A DNA stretch of 64,000 bases from Gammaproteobacteria bacterium (GTDB lineage Bacteria; Pseudomonadota; Gammaproteobacteria; Steroidobacterales; Rariloculaceae), in the NCBI GenBank assembly GCA_022825505.1, contig JAJDWR010000030.1, positions 39,169 to 103,168 on the forward strand. The letters run 5' to 3'. Position numbers and translations under genes: made by a program. Positions 1 through 9,339 of the stretch are shown piece after piece. The notes beneath the pieces are model-generated. The model was not told the origin of the DNA, did no database searches, and worked only from the letters and a program-made list of their open reading frames with translations. Within the stretch, counting starts at the first letter, position 1, and every line of letters starts with the position of its first letter.

Positions 1-836
1 ATCTGCTGCGCAGCGGCTTTGAGGTCACCGGTTTCGACATCAGGCCGGAGTGCGTGGAGGCGCAGATCGGGGCAGGACTCACGGCGGCCGGGTCATCGGC
101 CGAGGTGGCACAGGGCGCCGACGTTCTGGCGACGTCGCTGCCGAATATCGAGGCCCTGGAAGACGTGATGGACGGGGTGCTCCGGCAGCCGAAGCCGGGT
201 CAGATCCTGATCGAGTGCAGTACCCTGACCGTGGAGCAGAAAATTTCCGCTCACGCCCGGTTGCAGGCCGCGGGCATGCGCTTTCTCGATGCTCCAATCA
301 GCGGCACGCCGTCGATGCTGGCGAAAATGATGGCTTCCATCTACGTCAGCGGCGACGAGGGCGCCTATGACGAATCCGTGCCTGTTCTGGAGGGCTTCAC
401 CGCCACGAATTTCTACGTCGGCGAGGTGGGTAACGCCAGCCGCATGAAGTTCCTCGCCAACTACCTTGTCCATGTTCACACGACGGCGGCTGCCGAGTGC
501 ATGGTGCTGGGTCAGCAGGCCGGACTGGAGCCGGAACTCATCCACCGGGTCCTTACTGCCGGCGCGGGCGGATCGAAGATGCTCGACATTCGCGGCGCCA
601 TGATGGCGGCGTCGGATTACCGCGAGGGCGGGGGCACCATGTTCGACGTGTACGAAAAGGACGCGTCGATCATCACCGAATTTGCCGCCGGCGTTAAGGC
701 GCCCATCGATCTCTACGTTTCATCGCGACAGAAATTCAATTCCGCCATTGCCCTGGGGCTGAACCATCTGGATACGTCCGCCGTGTGCAAGGCGATCGAG
801 ACGGCGGTGGGTATCGACCGCGAACTGGTGGAGTAG
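1..836 (+). CDS. NAD(P)-dependent 3-hydroxyisobutyrate dehydrogenase-family oxidoreductase (5' end outside window)
   Basis: Frame 3 is open from the window edge (LLRSGFEVTGFDIRPE...) to TAG at 834-836. Mid and C-terminal motifs fit the HIBADH/6-PGDH-like family (FLDAPISGTP, GNASRMKFLANYL). The Rossmann N-terminus lies upstream of the window. Confidence 0.8.
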   Translation, partial: LLRSGFEVTGFDIRPECVEAQIGAGLTAAGSSAEVAQGADVLATSLPNIEALEDVMDGVLRQPKPGQILIECSTLTVEQKISAHARLQAAGMRFLDAPISGTPSMLAKMMASIYVSGDEGAYDESVPVLEGFTATNFYVGEVGNASRMKFLANYLVHVHTTAAAECMVLGQQAGLEPELIHRVLTAGAGGSKMLDIRGAMMAASDYREGGGTMFDVYEKDASIITEFAAGVKAPIDLYVSSRQKFNSAIALGLNHLDTSAVCKAIETAVGIDRELVE

Positions 837-944
837 GGCGCCGCCGCAGCTCCGACCGTGCCGGTGTGGATTCTCGCTTCTGCGGGATTCGCCGCGGTAG
901 TCCAGGTGTCGTCCGCGGGGGGCGAACGACACGGCAACGTGCCG

Positions 945-1241
945 TCAGTTCAGTTTGCCGTATAGCTGGGCGGTGCGCTCGACCTTGTCGCCCAGCGCCT
1001 GCAGCAGGTTCCAGTAGTTCAGGAAGTGCGGCGTCTGGCGGTGCCGCGCCAGGGCGTCGGCATCCTTGTAGACCTCGTAGAACAGGAACGTGCCGGGATC
1101 GTCCTCGGACACGTTCACATCGAAACCGTAGCAGTCCTCCTCGAGGCGGGATTTCGCGGCATTTTCGAGCATCGCGGGTTTCAGTTGCTCCACATGGTCG
1201 GGGTCGACGGTGACCGAAACGACGAGTACCAGGTCGGACAT
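945..1241 (-). CDS. antibiotic-biosynthesis-monooxygenase (ABM/YgiN-like) domain protein
   Basis: 98-aa ORF. Ferredoxin-like ABM pattern (VVSVTVDPDHVEQLKP..., FLFYEVYKDADALARHRQTPHF). Confidence 0.75.
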   Translation of the reverse strand: MSDLVLVVSVTVDPDHVEQLKPAMLENAAKSRLEEDCYGFDVNVSEDDPGTFLFYEVYKDADALARHRQTPHFLNYWNLLQALGDKVERTAQLYGKLN

Positions 1242-1355
1242 GTGCTTCCTCCGGATGGCGGTCCTGCTCTTGCCTGCGCGACGGATGCGGGCAGCAGACC
1301 GGGATGGGTTGCGGGCGGATTATTCCGGCGATCCGGGTCTGGCGCAAATCCTGCC

Positions 1356-2375
1356 TTATTCCGGCGTTGCGAGTATGTCGTACATCTCGCCCACGAGGTT
1401 GGCGCGCCGCTCCTCGTAGAGCAGCCAGTCGCTGTAGTCCGCCAGCAGGATCGTTTCCTGCAGCGTTTCCCGGTCAAGGCCCTCGGCGACCCCTGCCATG
1501 ACATCGGACTCCAGGTCGCGCAGTAATCCGAGAAAACCGTTGACGTCGGCTTTCGTGCCCGCGTTGCCGTGCCCGGCAACCAAAATGTCGAAGTCCAGCG
1601 CCTCGACGGTTGCCAGCGCCGCCTCGTATTCATCCACCGTGTAGCCGCTCAACGTCCCCGGAAATCGTTGGGCGTGGAGGAAATCCACCGTAAACGCCGC
1701 CCGTTCATTCGGGAACAGGACAATTGTGGTATCGGCCGAGTGGGCCGCGCTGGGATGGTGCAACTCTACGGTGCTGTCGCCCAGGGTCAACATCATCTGC
1801 TCCGTGTAGGTGACGTCCAGCGGCACGGTGGCGGCGTTGATCTCCGCACCGCTCAGGCTGCCGTCCCCATCGGTGTCCATGCTGTCGAAGCTGTTCAGGT
1901 AGCCGCCGGCGGCTTCGCTCCGTTCCAGCGTGCCGTTGCCGTTTGCGTCGGAAAGCGCCGCATTGCTTGGCAGCCCGCCCTCCAGCCTCGCGGCGGTATT
2001 CTCGTGACCGACAAAGATGGCCGTGTCGGCGAAGACCTGCCCACCGGCCACATGGTCGGGATGGTGATGGCTGTAAATCACGTACTCCACTTCGGAACCG
2101 AAGCGGGCCGCCAGTTCGCCCTCGAGCCACTCGGCAAAATCCGCCCGCAAGGGATCGACGACGATGATGCCTTCGGTCGTCGCGAGAAAAACCGCGTTAT
2201 GCGTAGCCGTGCGCGCCTCGTAGAGGTTGCCCGTGACGTTGCGGATGGTGAACGGAGGCTCGGCCGATCCGTCGGTCTGCGAATCCTCCTGGATCCCGCA
2301 CGCGGTCAGCGCGAGAGTGAGGCAGGCGACCGGGAATATCGCCGCTGAATTGATTGACCGTTCTGTTGTCGACAT
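1356..2375 (-). CDS. exported MBL-fold metallo-hydrolase with inserted EF-hand pair (paralogue A, lipoprotein)
   Basis: HxHxDH motif SHHHPDHVAGG. EF-hand-like loops DANGNGTLERSE (1914..1949) and DTDGDGSLSGAE (1842..1877). Start moved to the ATG at 2373-2375, which has GGGAGA upstream and gives a lipobox signal peptide (ACLTLALTAC). The longer ORF to 2480 has no support. Confidence 0.85.
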   Translation of the reverse strand: MSTTERSINSAAIFPVACLTLALTACGIQEDSQTDGSAEPPFTIRNVTGNLYEARTATHNAVFLATTEGIIVVDPLRADFAEWLEGELAARFGSEVEYVIYSHHHPDHVAGGQVFADTAIFVGHENTAARLEGGLPSNAALSDANGNGTLERSEAAGGYLNSFDSMDTDGDGSLSGAEINAATVPLDVTYTEQMMLTLGDSTVELHHPSAAHSADTTIVLFPNERAAFTVDFLHAQRFPGTLSGYTVDEYEAALATVEALDFDILVAGHGNAGTKADVNGFLGLLRDLESDVMAGVAEGLDRETLQETILLADYSDWLLYEERRANLVGEMYDILATPE

Positions 2376-2513
2376 GGTTTGTCTCCCAAGTTGGGTGCCG
2401 GGCATTTCGTCGCAGCCACTTTTCAAAGAAGGTTCTTCAGGGCCGCCATCGAAATCGTGGCCCCGGATCGGCGCGGGCACGTTTCCCGGACCGGCGAGCG
2501 GGCGCGCACCGGA

Positions 2514-3146
2514 TCAGCGGGAGCGCGTACCGCGGATCAGCGAGCCGTCTTCGGCCCAGTCGTAGCGAATGTTCATGCCTTCTTCGTCGATGAATCCAAG
2601 GGACTGCTGGAACTGGACCTGGGGCGGATAATTCTTCGGCACCGTCGCCTCAACGATGTACAGCCGGGCGTCGTGCAGATAAATCCCGATGTAACTGCGG
2701 GATTCGTCCGGATTGGTGATGTTGAGCTGGTGTCCGGCCACGCGGTCCACGTGGTGCCAGGCGTCGTACGTGACCTCGCCGCCGCGCTCGCGGAATTGCC
2801 GTGCCGCGTAGGCAATGGACGCAAGCACGTCGATTCGCCAATAGGAGTAATTGACCGGCGAATCGGCTTCCGTGCTGTTGGTCCGTGCCAGATGGATGCG
2901 ATGCGAGTCCGTGTAGTCGATCACCGTCACCGAATAGGCGGCCGGACCCTCCCGGAACGAATACACGCGCCCGGGAAATACCGCGCCATACTCCGACGGC
3001 CAGGTGATGTCCCGTACTTCCGGTTCAACGGACTCCGGCAGGTTGATGGAAAAGAAATCGGTCGTGTTCTTGTAGTTGACCCAGTTCTGCGCCAGCAGCG
3101 TGCCTGCCGGAACGAGTGCCAGAACGGCCAGAAACAGCGTGCGCAT
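2514..3146 (-). CDS. hypothetical secreted protein
   Basis: ORF with a Sec signal peptide from the internal ATG at 3144-3146 (MRTLFLAVLALVPAGTLLAQ). I recognise no motif. Confidence 0.65.
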   Translation of the reverse strand: MRTLFLAVLALVPAGTLLAQNWVNYKNTTDFFSINLPESVEPEVRDITWPSEYGAVFPGRVYSFREGPAAYSVTVIDYTDSHRIHLARTNSTEADSPVNYSYWRIDVLASIAYAARQFRERGGEVTYDAWHHVDRVAGHQLNITNPDESRSYIGIYLHDARLYIVEATVPKNYPPQVQFQQSLGFIDEEGMNIRYDWAEDGSLIRGTRSR

Positions 3147-3363
3147 GGGTTCTGCCTGCGATAGTGCCAATCGTCGGATTGATTCTACCTGCTGTCGCCG
3201 GGGAGCCCAACTGCCGAACCGGCAGGATGGACCCGGCGCCAGGAACCTCAACATCCGACCCGGCGCTTCCGGCCCGCCCCGATCGGCCCGGCGCGACCGG
3301 CCTGCCGCGACCGGTCCGGCCCCCGCGGCCGGCCGTGCGAAATCGGGTCAGCCCACCCCGATG

Positions 3364-4494
3364 CTACGCGGCGGTGGCCGTCTCGATCCCGCAGTGGTAA
3401 TCGTCCCCGGTAGCCGAGGCCAGCGCTTCGGCAACGGCCCGATGCCTGATCTCCCCCGCGCTGACATTGACTCCGTTGCGAAGGTGCGGGTCGCGCTGAA
3501 CCGCTTGCCGCCATCCCAGTCGCGCCAGCGAGCGAACATGGGGAATTGTCGCGTTCGTCAACGCCAGCGTCGCGGTTCGGGGAACGGCGCCGGGCATGTT
3601 GGTCACGGCGTAGTGAACGGCGCCGCTCTCAACGTAGACCGGGTCGGCGTGACTGGTGGGACGGCTGGTTTCGAAGCATCCGCCCTGGTCGATGGCAATG
3701 TCCACCAGCACCGAGCCCGGCCTCATGGACCGGACCATTTCGCGGGTGACCAGCTTGGGTGCGGAGGCCCCCGGAATCAGAACGGAGCCGATGACGAGAT
3801 CGGCCGTTCGCACTTCGCGGGCGATGGCTTCAGGGGTGGAGTAAAGCGTTCGGATACGGTTCCCGAATCGGGTTGCCAACTCCTCGAGTCTGGCGAGATC
3901 GATGTCGAGCACGGTGACGTCGGCCTGCAGGCCCACGGCCATTTCCAGGGCATTCGTGCCGGCCGCGCCGGCGCCCACCACCACCACTCGCGCCGGCGCC
4001 ACTCCGGGCACACCGCCGAGCAGCACGCCGCGGCCGGACGGCATCTCCAGGTAGTGAGCGCCGACCTGCGTGGCCATTCGGCCGGCGATGCAGCTCATGG
4101 GCTTCAACAGGGGCAGCGTCCCATGCGCATCGGTGACGGTCTCGTAGGCGATGGCGGTGGCGCCGGATCGCATCAGTGCGCGTGCCTGTTCGGGATCCGC
4201 CGCCAGGTGCAGGTAGGTGAACAGGACCTGGTCCGGCGAGAGCATGGCGCACTCTTCGAGTTGCGGCTCCTTGACCTTGACGATCAATTCCGCAGCGCCG
4301 AAAACCGAGCTGCCATCGGCCATGATCTCGGCACCGGCGGCGGTGTACTCCTGGTCGTCGAACCCGGCGCCTGCGCCGGCTCCGGTCTCGACCAGGACTC
4401 GGTGACCTTCCCGCGTGAGGCGGGCCGCGGCATCCGGCGTCAGCCCAACCCGATATTCGTGAATCTTGATTTCTTTCGGAACGCCTATTTGCAT
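3364..4494 (-). CDS. ald: alanine dehydrogenase
   Basis: 376 aa. N-terminus MQIGVPKEIKIHEYRVGLTP and NAD-binding VVVVGAGAAGTNA are characteristic of L-alanine dehydrogenase. Confidence 0.95.
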   Translation of the reverse strand: MQIGVPKEIKIHEYRVGLTPDAAARLTREGHRVLVETGAGAGAGFDDQEYTAAGAEIMADGSSVFGAAELIVKVKEPQLEECAMLSPDQVLFTYLHLAADPEQARALMRSGATAIAYETVTDAHGTLPLLKPMSCIAGRMATQVGAHYLEMPSGRGVLLGGVPGVAPARVVVVGAGAAGTNALEMAVGLQADVTVLDIDLARLEELATRFGNRIRTLYSTPEAIAREVRTADLVIGSVLIPGASAPKLVTREMVRSMRPGSVLVDIAIDQGGCFETSRPTSHADPVYVESGAVHYAVTNMPGAVPRTATLALTNATIPHVRSLARLGWRQAVQRDPHLRNGVNVSAGEIRHRAVAEALASATGDDYHCGIETATAA

Positions 4495-4625
4495 TTCTTG
4501 TCTTCCCGTCAGGTTGCACCACTAGCCTATCCGAATCGGAGATCAAGGCGCTTGCAAATTCAGCGTAATTCGGCCCACAATTAGCAAGATTAGTTCAAGC
4601 TACTACGAAATATGGAAAGAAAATT

Positions 4626-5087
4626 TTGAGTATTGACCGTAAAGACACAATTATCCTCAATCAGCTTCAGAAAGACGGGCGCGTCAGCAACGTCAGGTTG
4701 GCCGAGGCCGTCGGATTATCCGAAGCGGCGTGCCTGCGCCGTGTGCGCGCGCTGGAGAGTGACGGTTACATCACAGGCTACGCAGCAAGGGTGAATGCTT
4801 CCAAGCTGGGGTTGGGAAGCAACGTCTTCGTGGAAATTACGCTGCACCAGGAGCAGCAGCGAGACTTGCACGCCTTCGAAGTCGCCGTGGCGCGCGTGCC
4901 CGAGGTGATGGAGTGTTACCTGGTGACCGGGCAGTACGACTACCTGCTGCGGGTTGTGGTGAGGAGCCTTGAGGATTTCGAGCGCATACACCGGGAAGCC
5001 ATCACCAGCCTTCCCGGCGTATCTCGCGTTCAGACCAGCTTCGCTCTGCGGGCGGTCAAGAAGGAATCGAGCCTGCCGATCGGGTAG
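4626..5087 (+). CDS. Lrp/AsnC-family transcriptional regulator
   Basis: 153 aa. HTH (ILNQLQKDGRVSNVRLAEAVGLSEAACLRRVRALE) plus a C-terminal RAM/AsnC_trans_reg domain. TTG start. Divergent from ald, the usual regulator-target layout. Confidence 0.9.
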   Translation: MSIDRKDTIILNQLQKDGRVSNVRLAEAVGLSEAACLRRVRALESDGYITGYAARVNASKLGLGSNVFVEITLHQEQQRDLHAFEVAVARVPEVMECYLVTGQYDYLLRVVVRSLEDFERIHREAITSLPGVSRVQTSFALRAVKKESSLPIG

Positions 5088-5170
5088 GGCGGACTTCTCA
5101 CGAGACCGGCCGATCGGGCCGCACGTACTCCCCTCACGGGAGTCCGTGAGCGCAATGGGCGGTGTTGCCG

Positions 5171-5533
5171 TTACAACCGCCTGGGGTACAGGTCGTAGTT
5201 GCTGTCCTGGACGGTGATCCGCCGGGTCTTCATCTCCAGCGTGCCGGGATTGGCATGACGGTTGCCGAGCATGGTAACCGTGTCGCCAACCTTGACGATG
5301 CCGTCGGCGAAGCCCGCTTGCCGGCTGCGGTCCGGCGGGCTCAGGACCACGTTCCACATCTCGCCATCCACGTCAACGGTCAGACGATCGTGTGGATTCC
5401 CGAGGTGCGTGTCGACTACTGTTCCGGTGAGGGTGAAATCCGCCGATGTGTAGCCGCCCCAGCCGTGATGCGCGAGTGCGCTGCCGGTCAACAGGCCAAA
5501 AACAATCGCTGCTGCTGCCAGGTATCTGGTCAT
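5171..5533 (-). CDS. exported stand-alone 'HH...NPH' module protein (DUF6152-like, function unknown)
   Basis: 120 aa. Signal peptide ends ALA, followed directly by HHGW. Later motifs LGNPHDRL and GDTVTM match six other copies in the window. Confidence 0.8.
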   Translation of the reverse strand: MTRYLAAAAIVFGLLTGSALAHHGWGGYTSADFTLTGTVVDTHLGNPHDRLTVDVDGEMWNVVLSPPDRSRQAGFADGIVKVGDTVTMLGNRHANPGTLEMKTRRITVQDSNYDLYPRRL

Positions 5534-5636
5534 CTCTGCTTCCTCCGCAAAGGGGTTTCAATGCGTTCCTTCTCTTCAGTCACCATTTATGAACTAAATC
5601 CTCGCGCGACGCAACTGTGCCGACGATCGGCCGCTG

Positions 5637-5663
5637 CTTTCCGGCTCATCCGTTGCCGGAAGG
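5637..5663 (-). terminator. hairpin immediately 3' of the pyruvate carboxylase stop (terminator-like, no U-tract)
   Basis: CTTTCCGGC (5637-5645) pairs with GCCGGAAGG (5655-5663): 9 bp including one G-U, with a 9-nt loop. It abuts the TAG at 5664-5666. Confidence 0.35.
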
Positions 5664-8600
5664 CTATTGAAGTTCCAGCAGCAGGTCCTGGGTTTCGAGC
5701 TGCATGCCAACCCGGGCGGGGATGGATGCGACCGTGCCGGGGCCTTCGGCGCGGATCAGCATCTGCATCTTCATCGCCTCGATGGTGAGCAGCGCGGTCC
5801 CCTTGTCGACGCCCTGGCCGGGCTTGACGCTGATTTCCACGACCTTGCCGGGCATGGGCGCGGCCACGTGGTTGGGATTGGATGGGTCGGCCTTGGGGTG
5901 TGCCGTCACGCTGGCCGTGGCCTGGCGATTCACCAGTTCGACCGTCCGCGGTTGGCCATTGAGTTCGAAGAACACGCGTTGCTCGCCGCGCTGGTCCACA
6001 TCGCTGACGGCCAGCAGGCGGATGACAAGCGTCTTTCCCCGCTCGATTTCCACCGCGATCTCTTCCTGGTTCTTGAGGCCGTGAAAGAAAATCGGCGTCG
6101 GCAGCGTACTGACGTCGGAATAGTTCCTGAGATGATCCGCAAACTCCTCGAAGACCCGCGGATAGAGCAGCCAGGATGAGAACTCCGTCTCGCTGACGCG
6201 GCGGCGGACGCGCTTTTCCGCCCGTTTGCGCTCGGTGTCAAGGTCCACGGGCGGCAGCGTTGCTCCGGGCCTTTCGGTCAGCGGTTCGCGCCCCTGGAGT
6301 ATTTTGCGCTGCAGTGCCTCAGGGAAGCCGCCTACGGGCTGACCCAAGTCGCCCCGGAATAACGACACCACCGATTCGGGGAAGGCGACTTCCTTGTCCG
6401 GATCGATCACGTCTTCGGCACTCAACCCGCCGGAGACCATGGCCAGCGCCATGTCGCCGACGACCTTGGAGGTCGGCGTGACCTTGACCACGTCTCCGAA
6501 CATCTCGTTGACTTCCGCGTAGCGGTCGGCTACCTCCGGCCAGCGATGGGCGATCCCCAGCGAGCGCGCCTGCTCGCGCAGGTTCGTGTACTGCCCGCCC
6601 GGCATGGCGTGACGGTAGACGTCCGCCGTTCCCGAACGAATTTCGCTCTCGAAACCCGAATAGTGCTCCCGCACCAGCTCCCAATAACGCGAGATCCTCC
6701 GCATTGCCGCCCGATTCAGCCCGGGGTCGCGTTCATGGCCGTGCAGCGCATCGACGATGGATCCCAGGTTGGGTTGCGAGGTCAGGCCGCTCATGGCGTC
6801 CATGGCGCCGTCGACGGCATCCACGCCGGCATCCACCGCCGCCAGCACCGCCGCCGCGCCGATGCCGCTGGTGTCGTGGGTGTGGAAGTGGATCGGAATG
6901 CCCACCTCCTGTTTGAGCGCCCGGACCAGGCGGCTTGCGGCAGCCGGCTTGCATACGCCCGCCATGTCCTTGATGCCGAGGATGTGAGCGCCCGCCTTCT
7001 CTAGTTCTCGCGCCATGCCGACGTAGTACGCCAGATCGTACTTGTTCGGCTCCGGCGCCAGCATGTCGCCGGAGTAGCAGATGGCGGCCTCGCAGAGCTT
7101 GCCCGATTCGAGCACGGCGTCCATGGCGATACGCATGTTCCCGACCCAGTTCAGCGAATCGAAAACCCTGAAAAGATCCACACCGCCTTCTGCAGCCTGC
7201 GCGACAAAGTGCTCTACCACGTTGTCGGGGTAGTTCTTGTAACCGACGGCGTTCGCCGAGCGCAGCAGCATCTGCAAGAGAATGTTGGGCGCACGCTTCT
7301 TCAATGCCGCGAGCCTTTCCCACGGGTCTTCCCTGAGGAATCGCATGGCCACGTCGAAGGTGGCGCCGCCCCAGCACTCGAGCGATAGCAGTTGCGGCAG
7401 GCGTTCGGCGTAGGCCGGAGCGATCCGCAGCAGGTCGTAACTGCGCATTCGGGTCGCCAGCAGCGACTGGTGGGCGTCGCGCATGGTGGTATCGGTCAGC
7501 AGTACGGCTTTCTGATCGAGCATCCAGCGGGCGAATCCCTCGGGACCCAGTCTGTCCAGTCGCTGTACGCTGCCGGGCGGACAGGTGCCTGAGTACTCCG
7601 GCACCGGCGCCGGCGTTCGGGCGCCGGCCTCGACGCGTCCGGTGACCTCCGGATTGCCATTGACGATGATTTCGGCAAGAAATTTGAGCAGGCGGCTGGC
7701 GCGGTCCCGCGGCTTTCGGAATTCGAATAGCTCTGGAGTCCGGTCGATGAATCGTGTCGTGTAATCTGCCTGCAGGAACCGCGGGTGGCGGATCACCTGC
7801 ACCAGGAAAGCCAGGTTGCTGGCCACGCCCCGGATACGGAATTCCCTCAGCGCCCGGACCATCCGGCTGACGGCTTCCCCGGGTCTTGGCGCCCAGGCGG
7901 TGACCTTGACCAGCAGGGAATCGTAATAGGGCGTGATCAACGCACCGGCGTAGGCGGTTCCTCCGTCAAGCCGTATCCCGAACCCCGATGCGCTGCGGTA
8001 GGTGCGGATGCGCCCGTAGTCGGGGATGAACTGGTTTTCCGGATCCTCGGTGGTGACCCGGCACTGCAGCGCGTGGCCGTTCAGGCGGATGTTCTTCTGG
8101 GTCAGCACGCCGCTGTCCGCGTCGCCGATGCGCGCGCCCCGGGCCAGGCATATCTGGGCCTTGACGATGTCGATGCCGGTCACTTCCTCGGTCACCGTGT
8201 GTTCCACCTGAACACGCGGATTGACTTCTATGAAATAGAACGCCCCGGTATCGGCGTCCATAAGGAATTCCACTGTGCCGGCGTTACGGTAACCGGCCGC
8301 GGCTGCCAGCCTGAGGGCGTGGCCGCAGAGCTCTTCGCGCTGCCCGTCGTCCAGATAGGGGGCCGGCGCGCGCTCCACGACCTTCTGGTTGCGCCGCTGC
8401 ACCGTGCAGTCGCGCTCGAAGAGGTGGACCAGGTTGCCGTGGGTATCGCCGAGGACCTGCACCTCCACATGACGGGCACGCTCCACCAGTTTCTCAAGGT
8501 AAACCTCGTCGTTGCCGAACGCCGCCAGCGCCTCGCGGCGCGCCACGGCGATATCCTCGCTCAGGCTTGCAGGGTCGCGAATCACCCGCATGCCGCGGCC

Positions 8601-9104
8601 GCCGCCGCCCCAACTGGCCTTGAGCATCAGCGGATAGCCCACGGCTTCGGCCATTTCCTTCGCAGCGTCGGGATCCTCAGGCAGCGGGTCCGTGGCCGGC
8701 ATCACCGGCACGCCCGCCGACTTCGCCAGTTCCCGTGCGCTCACCTTGTTGCCGACCTTGCGCATCACATCGGCCGGCGGGCCGATGAAGATCAGCCCCG
8801 CCTCGCTGCAGGCGTCGGCAAATTCGGGATTCTCGGAAAGGAAGCCGTAGCCCGGGTGGACGGCGTCGACCCTGGCTTCCCTGGCGACGCGCAGGATGGA
8901 TTGGATGTCCAGGTAGGCGCCAAGCGCTTGACCCGCTTCCCCCACCGGATAGCTCTCGTCGGCCTTGAACCGGTGCAGCGCGAATCGATCCTCGTCCGCG
9001 TAAATGGCGACCGTGCCGATACCCAGTTCCGTGGCCGCGCGCATCACGCGGATGGCGATCTCGCTGCGATTGGCGACGAGGAGCTTGTTGATTTTCCGGG
9101 ACAT
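5664..9104 (-). CDS. pyc: pyruvate carboxylase (single-chain, biotin-dependent)
   Basis: From the ATG at 9102-9104 (MSRKINKLLVANRSEIAIRVMRAA) this gives 1147 aa. Contains a biotin carboxylase ATP-grasp, a carboxyltransferase TIM domain, and the C-terminal biotinyl motif EAMKM. The ORF extension to 9536 has no homology-like features. Confidence 0.95.
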   Translation of the reverse strand: MSRKINKLLVANRSEIAIRVMRAATELGIGTVAIYADEDRFALHRFKADESYPVGEAGQALGAYLDIQSILRVAREARVDAVHPGYGFLSENPEFADACSEAGLIFIGPPADVMRKVGNKVSARELAKSAGVPVMPATDPLPEDPDAAKEMAEAVGYPLMLKASWGGGGRGMRVIRDPASLSEDIAVARREALAAFGNDEVYLEKLVERARHVEVQVLGDTHGNLVHLFERDCTVQRRNQKVVERAPAPYLDDGQREELCGHALRLAAAAGYRNAGTVEFLMDADTGAFYFIEVNPRVQVEHTVTEEVTGIDIVKAQICLARGARIGDADSGVLTQKNIRLNGHALQCRVTTEDPENQFIPDYGRIRTYRSASGFGIRLDGGTAYAGALITPYYDSLLVKVTAWAPRPGEAVSRMVRALREFRIRGVASNLAFLVQVIRHPRFLQADYTTRFIDRTPELFEFRKPRDRASRLLKFLAEIIVNGNPEVTGRVEAGARTPAPVPEYSGTCPPGSVQRLDRLGPEGFARWMLDQKAVLLTDTTMRDAHQSLLATRMRSYDLLRIAPAYAERLPQLLSLECWGGATFDVAMRFLREDPWERLAALKKRAPNILLQMLLRSANAVGYKNYPDNVVEHFVAQAAEGGVDLFRVFDSLNWVGNMRIAMDAVLESGKLCEAAICYSGDMLAPEPNKYDLAYYVGMARELEKAGAHILGIKDMAGVCKPAAASRLVRALKQEVGIPIHFHTHDTSGIGAAAVLAAVDAGVDAVDGAMDAMSGLTSQPNLGSIVDALHGHERDPGLNRAAMRRISRYWELVREHYSGFESEIRSGTADVYRHAMPGGQYTNLREQARSLGIAHRWPEVADRYAEVNEMFGDVVKVTPTSKVVGDMALAMVSGGLSAEDVIDPDKEVAFPESVVSLFRGDLGQPVGGFPEALQRKILQGREPLTERPGATLPPVDLDTERKRAEKRVRRRVSETEFSSWLLYPRVFEEFADHLRNYSDVSTLPTPIFFHGLKNQEEIAVEIERGKTLVIRLLAVSDVDQRGEQRVFFELNGQPRTVELVNRQATASVTAHPKADPSNPNHVAAPMPGKVVEISVKPGQGVDKGTALLTIEAMKMQMLIRAEGPGTVASIPARVGMQLETQDLLLELQ

Positions 9105-9339
9105 CGACTTCGGACGTGCGTGAACCGTGGCGCAGTATAGTGCATTGGACCGCGAATTCGATGTGACGGTCTGACCGCTCTGAACGATCGCCGGGAGGCG
9201 ACTGCTGAACGTGCGCGGGGAGAGTTTACGCAAGGAAAGTCTTGCGCGGTACCGGATCGCACCGTCACAATTCGCGGCACTTGAATCGGTCCGGGCAGCC
9301 GGGACGGAACTCCATGATGCGGAATTCGGCAACGCTTCG

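Noticed and set aside
3076-4584. 502-aa ORF on the + strand
   Set aside because: It is entirely antisense to the well-supported alanine dehydrogenase gene. It has an Arg/Gly/Pro/Ala-rich composition typical of shadow ORFs in high-GC DNA, and I see no motifs.
7785-9140. 451-aa ORF on the + strand
   Set aside because: Antisense shadow ORF inside pyruvate carboxylase, with no recognisable domains.
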